Shown here piece by piece: positions 57,301 to 64,000 of a stretch of DNA of 64,000 nucleotides. Source of the DNA: Oikopleura dioica (Eukaryota > Animalia > Chordata); NCBI GenBank assembly GCA_907165135.1, contig OU015569.1, positions 11,160,001 to 11,224,000 of the forward strand. Direction: 5' to 3'. The first letter of the stretch is position 1. Every line of letters starts with the position of its first letter. A program made the position numbers and the translations under genes. Below the pieces are notes generated by a model. It had not been told where the DNA came from and did no database searches. It saw only the letters and a program-made list of their open reading frames with translations.

Positions 57301-60249
57301 GGCTTTTCATTTTACTCTTTGAGAACCCTGACTCAGGTTGCCGAGCCCAGATTTCAGAACCATTTTCGATCAAAAAATCGCTAACTGATTTTCCAAGATT
57401 TTATTGGGACCTGATATCGCTGGCGTTTCTAATCGTGACAATGATCGTCATCCCCGTCGGAATCACCTTCTTCAACGAGGACATGACCACCATTCCCGGA
57501 TGGATGCTGTTCAACTTGTCGCTTGACAGGGCCACGTCGATACAGATTTAAAAACGTGTTTATCCACAAATGAAAGTGTTTTTACATCTCTGAGAAGCTG
57601 GTTTCTCGTCGATATTGTGATCAATTTCCGAACTGGGATAGTGAAGGAATACGCCGACCCGGATGTTATTTTGGACCCGAAAGAAATCAGAAGAAGATAT
57701 ATTCTCTCTTGGTTCTTTATTGACATGATTAGGCACGTCTCACAAATTCTTGTGAAATCAAACAAGATTTTAATCCTCATCGATTGAGAATGAAAGAAAA
57801 AATTCCCCCCTCCCCAAAAAAAAAGGGATGGTGTCTGGAACCGACAAAAAATTTCGACAAATTTTGCGTGGAAATTTTCAACCAATCAGAAGCTTGGATT
57901 CGGCTTAGCGGCCAATCAGCAGCCGAGTAGCCGCCTACGCAAAATTTGTCGAAATTTTTTTGTCGGTTCCAGACACCATCCCAAAAAAATTTTCGAAAAA
58001 TCAAAAATCGCCTTTTCATATTTTTTTTGGATTTTTTGGCAAAATTATTGACGAGGGGGGGTCCTTAAGAACAATGAATCCAAAAAATCGAATAACTTGA
58101 TAGTATTGGCAAAGCCGCTCCGCGGCTTCGTTAAAAAAAAAGCCGCTACGCGGCTTTTCGTTAAAATTCTTTTAGGACCCTGACTCAGGTTTTATTTGTA
58201 GAAACTTTAGATTAAAGATCGATATAGACATTCACAGCTCTTGGGTGATAAATAAACAATTCGATATTGGAACTACGTATGTTTTACGTAGCGAGTTTAA
58301 AGTTTAATGAGGCCTAACAGCACAATCCCTTTGGATTATATTCTTCAGCTAGTCTATGGATTTAACGCTGGCGCAAATGCATCCCGCGCCGTCAAATTAG
58401 TACGATTTGCCAAAATTCTCCCATTGCTGCGTCTTCTCCGTCTCAGCCGACTAATCCGATATGTAAATCAATGGGAAGAAGTTCTATCTACAACTAGCAG
58501 TAATTCGTTTAAACAAAAAACTAGCTTATTAATCCATTAAAAAATAGTGGCGGCGATGCGGATCTTCAATCTGATCTGTTTGATGCTATTGATTGGCCAT
58601 TGGAATGGCTGCCTTCAGTTTCTAGTGCCGATGCTTCAGGACTATCCCGAGGACTCTTGGGTCTCTATTGACAATTTGACGGTGAGCTTGGTGATTTTCC
58701 CTGAAATATTCATTAATGTCATTCTTCTTTGGGAAGACGCCCCTTTCAAGGGGGAATAACTTGAGATAATTATTCAAGCGTCTTTTAATAGAGAATTCGA
58801 TTTCGTTACCAAAAGAAATTAAGGGGAAGACTTTATCGGACTTTTAATCCAAAAGGCGAAATTAATAAATTCGAGTCAATATTCTTCTGAATTTTTAATT
58901 CTTAGACTCGTTTTTTCCGAAAGAGCGAAATTAGGTCACTTCTTCCATGATTTCGATGAAAAGAAAAATTTATTCACCATTTCAAATTTTTACTCTAGAA
59001 CGCGGAATGGTACGAAAAGTACTCCTGGGCCCTGTTCAAAGCGATGAGCCACATGCTCTGCATTGGATACGGCCAGAAGGCGCCGCGCTCGCTCGACGAT
59101 TTATGGCTGACGATGATCTCGATGGTGTCGGGCGCTGTTTGCTTCGCGATGTTTATCGGACACGCGACCGCGCTTATCCAGTCGATGGACTCGTCCAAAA
59201 GGCAGTACAAAGAAAAGTATATGCAAGTGAAAGAGTACATGCAGTACAGGCGCCTTCCCAAGAGCCTCAGACTAAGAGTACACGACTACTACGAAAATAG
59301 ATACCAGGGCAAGATGTTCGACGAGAGTTCCATTCTCGACGAGCTCAGGTAATAAAAAATAGCATTTCTGAAGTGTCATTCTTTAGTTCTCATTTGCGAG
59401 AAGAAGTTGTAAATTTCAACTGCCGTCATTTGGTGGCGGCGGTGCCGTTTTTCCGCGACGCTGATGGGGACTTTGTCACAGAGATCATTTCCAACTTGGC
59501 ATTCGAAGTGTTCCAGCCGGGCGATGTAATTATTAAAGAAGGCTCGGTGGGCAAGAAGATGTATTTTATACAGCACGGCGTCGTCAAAGTGAATAGTTCG
59601 AAATCGGTAGAAGCGCGGCACTTGGCAGATGGCTCGTATTTCGGCGGTAAGATCGACTGTAACGGGCGGAATTCGACTGTTCCTTAGAAATTCGGCTACT
59701 GACGAAGAGTCGGCGGACGGCGACGATAACAGCAGTCACGTGTTGCTCCTTGTATTCGTTGAACGTTGATGATTTCAACGAATTACTAGAGGTGAAGCTA
59801 GAGCCACTTTTTAGACGATAAATATCAATTCAGGAATATCCGATCATGAGACGAGCAATGGAAAAGGTCGCTGCTTCCCGTCTTGCCAATCTTAGTAAGC
59901 TGATCTTTTGTAAATACTCTTAATACTGTCAAATAAAGGTGGCGAAGCAAAGTGCGATCTTGGCGTTGCTTCTTCAACCGTGATCGCCTCTGACCTAGAG
60001 ACAGAATCAAAGTCATCCGAGTGGGCAAAAAAGACGATCGATCACGACTCGGCTCCTCCAGCTTCTCAAGATCTCGACGTCATTGTTGAAGGCAAGAAAG
60101 ACCCAGTAGCCAAACAGAGGAGCTATTCGAGAATTTTAGAGGACCATCACTGTGGCAAGTTGCTGGGATCGCTGCACAAGAGCATACAAAAGAATGTTCT
60201 AGAGCCGAATCCGGATGCAATTCTGAATCAACGTTGTCGAAGACACTAG
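54324..60249 (+). CDS. HCN: Hyperpolarization-activated cyclic nucleotide-gated channel
   Basis: IIHPYSNFR|FYWDL, S4 [17 protein letters not shown], pore CIGYG, C-linker [32 protein letters not shown]. The start exon is not resolved. Confidence 0.95.
54988..55189. repeat. Palindromic element (~60 bp imperfect arms) with a telomere-like (CCCTAA)n core
   Basis: CAGATTCCTAAAATGTTGATT / AATCAACATTTTAGGAATCTG arms; AAACCCTAACCCTAACCCCAACCCT at 55064-55088. Confidence 0.7.
57118..57350. mobile_element. 233 bp MITE, CTGGGC family, inside an HCN intron
   Basis: TSD ATTTCAGA at 57110-57117 and 57351-57358; left TIR partly decayed. Confidence 0.85.
57825..57982. mobile_element. 158 bp MITE with ~45 bp TIRs in an HCN intron
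   Basis: GGGATGGTGTCTGGAACCGACAAAAAATTTCGACAAATTTTGCGT and its reverse complement; A-run flanks; two CCAATCAG boxes in the spacer. Confidence 0.85.
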
Positions 60250-60659
60250 GGACTGGCAAATTTGAATCGGTTTGCATTCAGCCAACGAGTCAGAATTTTT
60301 CCAAAAGCTTTCTTCCTTGATTTCTGATAGTATATAAGCCGAAAAAGCTCGGCTTGAGCAAGCGGATTCAAACTAAGCCAGTCCTGCCCGACTTTCCCGC
60401 CCATATGATCCGAGCACCGATGCAAACGACCCTTTTTCGACCAATCCTTAGCGCAACGAAAAAAAAAACAACAACATCTTCAAAGTTCCATTTTATCACT
60501 CTTCTACGTTCCTGCCAGTAGTTTTTTCCACTAAAACTTACTATAATTGTAATTTATCTATAATTCAATAATTTTAACGCACACTACTCTCGCTGTAAAT
60601 TTATAATAATATTGAATAAAGAAAGTATAAAGGAAAATTTCTGTTTATTTATAATTTAT

Positions 60660-62100
60660 TAGATCCAGAAGTAGTCTTCATCGTCATCGACGGAATATCC
60701 ACCTGAGATGTTTGAGCCTTCATCTCCAGAGTAGTAGGCATTTTCATCGTATTCGTGGTAGTCATCGAAGTAATATGAGCTTGAGTCTTGATGTGCTGGT
60801 TTTTAATGTTGACAATTTTTAGCTCACAAATAGTTCGAACCATGAAAAAGGTCGAGGTTGTTTGAAAGGTCGAAAAAAAGGATATTAGGAACCTCTCCAG
60901 GCCAACTGTAAGCGCGTTCCTAAACAGGGTGTCAGAAAAAATACAGAACAATAGACCGCATTTTCAAGCGGTTTACTGCTCCTTATTCTTTATACTTGTT
61001 TCATTTTATCAAGTGTAAAATTCATCCGAATCCGGTTTTCTTATATCCTCTTTCGCATCTGGACATAACCAGCTGGGCAGAGCACATCTTAATTACTCGC
61101 ATTTGGTCGGCTAGATCTTTTTGTTCTTATATTCCTTGATCTTGGAGAACAAAGATCCTAGTTCGATTGAATCTCGTAACATTTGACAACTTTTCCTGAG
61201 GAAGAAGAGCTGTAGAACTTCGACTGGTTGTCCACAATTCCAAAAGTTTCCTGGCAGTCGGTTTCGCAGAAAGCTGACTCGTCGAGTTGAAATACTGGCG
61301 CGTGGCACAGTCTTGGCGGAGCCATTCGATATCGAGTACGGAAGGGTTTTTCAGAAGAGCAGTGACATTCGCTCCACTCGCCCCAGGAACGGTTGCAGCT
61401 AGCGTGCTCCGAAACCTAAAGTAAGAACCATCAGTCTATGATCAAATGGAGACAAGTTACATTGCAAGCGGGTAGTTGATCGCGAATTCCGAACTCTTCT
61501 GCTTTTTCGCAGGCGTTGTTGAGATCCATCCGGCGGATTTCCCGCTCGAAATTGACGATCGCCTCGATTCTCTGGAGGTTGCCGTAACTTATCGGCTTCT
61601 TGGAAACGTCGAATCGCTTTTCTTCCGTCGTTTTTTTTCATTATTTTTCAAAAAAGCGCTAAGAAATTAGTGGAAAACTCGCCTATTTTATTCCATTGGA
61701 GGAAGTAAATTTCTGTCCTGTCGATTTTAGCGCTTGATTCGACATTCACAAGATCCGAGTACATTCCAAAGTATTTCTCCAGACTTCCTTTGTATTCATA
61801 CCAAATATCAGGCTTCAACATAAGGTCTAAGGAAAGGAAGGATGAAATTAGGGTTATTTGAAGCCCGAGCCAGATTTTTATCCAGGAGCATTTCGACCTT
61901 TCTGCGTGGGCACAAGTGGCGGTGAAAACCATCAATCAAAAGGGTTGGCTTCTTTGAATTTATCAAGAGCAAAGTATTTTATTTTCAACCCTTATCTGAG
62001 CTTCCCAAGCCATTCTCTCAACTGTCCGGGCATCATTTTTTCTAGCAAGGCCAAAAGCGAGAAGTAAAAGGAATATTCTGAGCGAAAGTTGCATTCAAGC
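60660..62100 (-). CDS. Possible multi-exon gene of unknown function
   Basis: Minus-strand coding-like segments (LDLMLKPDIWYEYKG.., Cys-containing CHCSS..LCH..FCETDC, acidic C-terminus DDDEDYFWI*) with short intron-like gaps; structure not resolved. Confidence 0.3.
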
Positions 62101-62879
62101 GTTTTTCTTTTCAGCGCGTTCGGGACAATGTTATTTGAAAAATGTGCCGCGGGAGGAATGTTACGAAGAGTTGCTTGAACTGGGTGATCGATCGGGGCTT
62201 ATCCAGCAACGACGACACTCCATCCATCCCACTTTATAAAATCTTCTATTCGCGACGAAAATGAGGACAATTAAGAATTACGCTTACAAAGTTGATCTGT
62301 CAAAGTTGGCAAAATGGAGAAAATCATCAAAAGCAACAACGATTTCGAGGTTTGTTGGAAGTTCCTTCAGTGTAGGAATTAATTTATTGCGCCGGTTCTT
62401 GAGAAGCGACAGCAGATCACCAAATGCGGTGGCTTTACTGCAAGCGGAGACAGAAAGAATACTGATAACTATCCTGAAAATGCCTTTAAAAAACGGATCG
62501 GAGGTGGTTTGAGGCAGTTTCGAACAAAGAAAGATGAAGCTTTCAAGCTTTTTTGTTCTAGCGAAAGTTGGCTTTTCGCAAGATTTGGCTGAGTTTGACT
62601 CGCGATGCCCTGACTTGGAACTTGGTTTGAGATATCGAGACACTCGTAAATAAATAATCAGTAAAATTCAGGCCAGCAGTGTGATACTGAATGCTCGGAG
62701 GTTTTCGTTGACTGCCGCAACAACTGTCCTGACCATCTTTGTGAAAATCAATGTCTGATCGAGTTCACAGAATGCGTCTCGGATTGTCCCTGTGGACAAA
62801 ATTGCCCAAACGGATGTCAGGACTGCGAAAACCCCCTCTGCACAACTTGTAATAATTTGGAAATGGACTTTGAATTTCA

Positions 62880-64000
62880 GGTTTGAGATTTATCAAAAGA
62901 TCAGACCTGTCCGATATTAGCAATGCAAAGTGATTGCGCTAGAAGAATTCGACCACTGCGCGATGAATTGTTTGAACAACTGGGGCTGCATCGACAATTG
63001 CTACAATCGAGAAATCTTGCAAGGCTTTTCGCAATGCAAATGCTTTGACGAGATTCCATCAGAGTCAACCGAATACCTCACCGTACTATCGCAAAACTGG
63101 TACTATGGATCACCTAATCTCGGCTATGTTACGAATGTCGACGGCGGTTTTCAGGAAAATTATCATATTTTTTGTATTTTTCACTTTGAAAAAAAATTTT
63201 GATTTTTCTAAAGCAAAACCGATACTACAGTTTTTATGAAAACAGCCTTCTATACGCAGTCAGTGCAGTCTACCAAGATAATGTCTACATCTTTGGAGGA
63301 TACGATAGTGACAATGATTTCTATAAAACAGATGTTTGTTTAAATTTCAAATATATTTCTAAAATTTAGATTCACCAAGTATTTGGATGCGAAATTCGCA
63401 AGCTTTCCGTCACACTGGAAAGACCCGTCGCATATTATACTGGAATAGTGGCAACATCCGATGGAGGTGCGAATCATTCAGCTTCCCTATTTATTTTTAT
63501 GCAACATATATTGAATAATTTTGAATAATTTGTTTTCAAGTTTACTCCGGGTTTGTTGGTAGTAATTATAAGTGGACACAGCTTTTTGATGGAACAAGAA
63601 CCATTCTTTCAAATTACAATACTGATGCGGACCATGAAGGGGGCTGCATGGCTCACTTGAATAATCAACCTGTTGCAATTGGAGGCGACGGTGGAAATAA
63701 TGTGGAATTGCTTAGATCAAACGGATGGACTTATCTCGACTCGCATCCAATGTATGATTTTCGACAATTGATCATCTAACTTGTTCTATTTAGGGATACT
63801 CATCATGCAGGATGTCTAGGATTCGGTCAAGATATGATCACGATCGGGGAAACGGAGGAACGAACAGGGTCTATAAATATAGTGGTCAATCTGGGACCTG
63901 GTCATTATTGGGATATTTGCAGCAGAATCATATGTTCAATACTGTTATTGAATTGAACGGTTACATCTACAGTACTGGTACAAACAACTGGAGACGAAAG
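62880..64000 (+). CDS. Kelch-like beta-propeller protein with Cys-rich N-region (partial, runs off the window)
   Basis: NVYIFGGY; GCMAHLNNQPVAIGGDGGNNVELLRSNGWTYLDSHP; multiple short introns. Confidence 0.55.

Noticed and set aside
1-64000. tRNA, rRNA or snRNA genes
   Set aside because: None recognised by eye; tRNAscan-SE/Infernal would be needed to exclude them.

Overview
Eukaryotic DNA from a compact genome with mostly 40-70 nt introns, some with non-GT donors. This resembles the larvacean tunicate Oikopleura (inference; no database check was possible). Host genes: the 3' part of an SLC43 (LAT3/4) transporter, a C-terminal RING protein, a secreted protein with two lectin-like repeats, an NDUFS1-like gene lacking its Fe-S domains, five tandem small nuclear genes (RBBP6-type RING or bHLH-like head, SIM-like motifs, PP1 RVxF tail), a divergent G-alpha, a GT31 glycosyltransferase, an F-box gene, an SLC6 transporter, an HCN channel with two alternative N-termini and a partial kelch-like gene. 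The centre holds a complete 9,477 bp Ty3/gypsy-type LTR element (34773-44249) with nearly identical LTRs, a TSD, PBS and PPT, an extra ORF upstream of gag, and intact protease, RNase H and integrase motifs. Its reverse transcriptase lacks all three catalytic aspartates. About a dozen non-autonomous DNA transposons are present; two sit in coding exons in configurations that could be spliced out as introns. Top leads: (1) the recently copied but polymerase-dead retrotransposon with a putative transactivator ORF, (2) the Fe-S-less NDUFS1, (3) the RING/bHLH-SIM-PP1 adaptor array, (4) the intron-generating MITEs. Exon boundaries were read by eye and need RNA confirmation.
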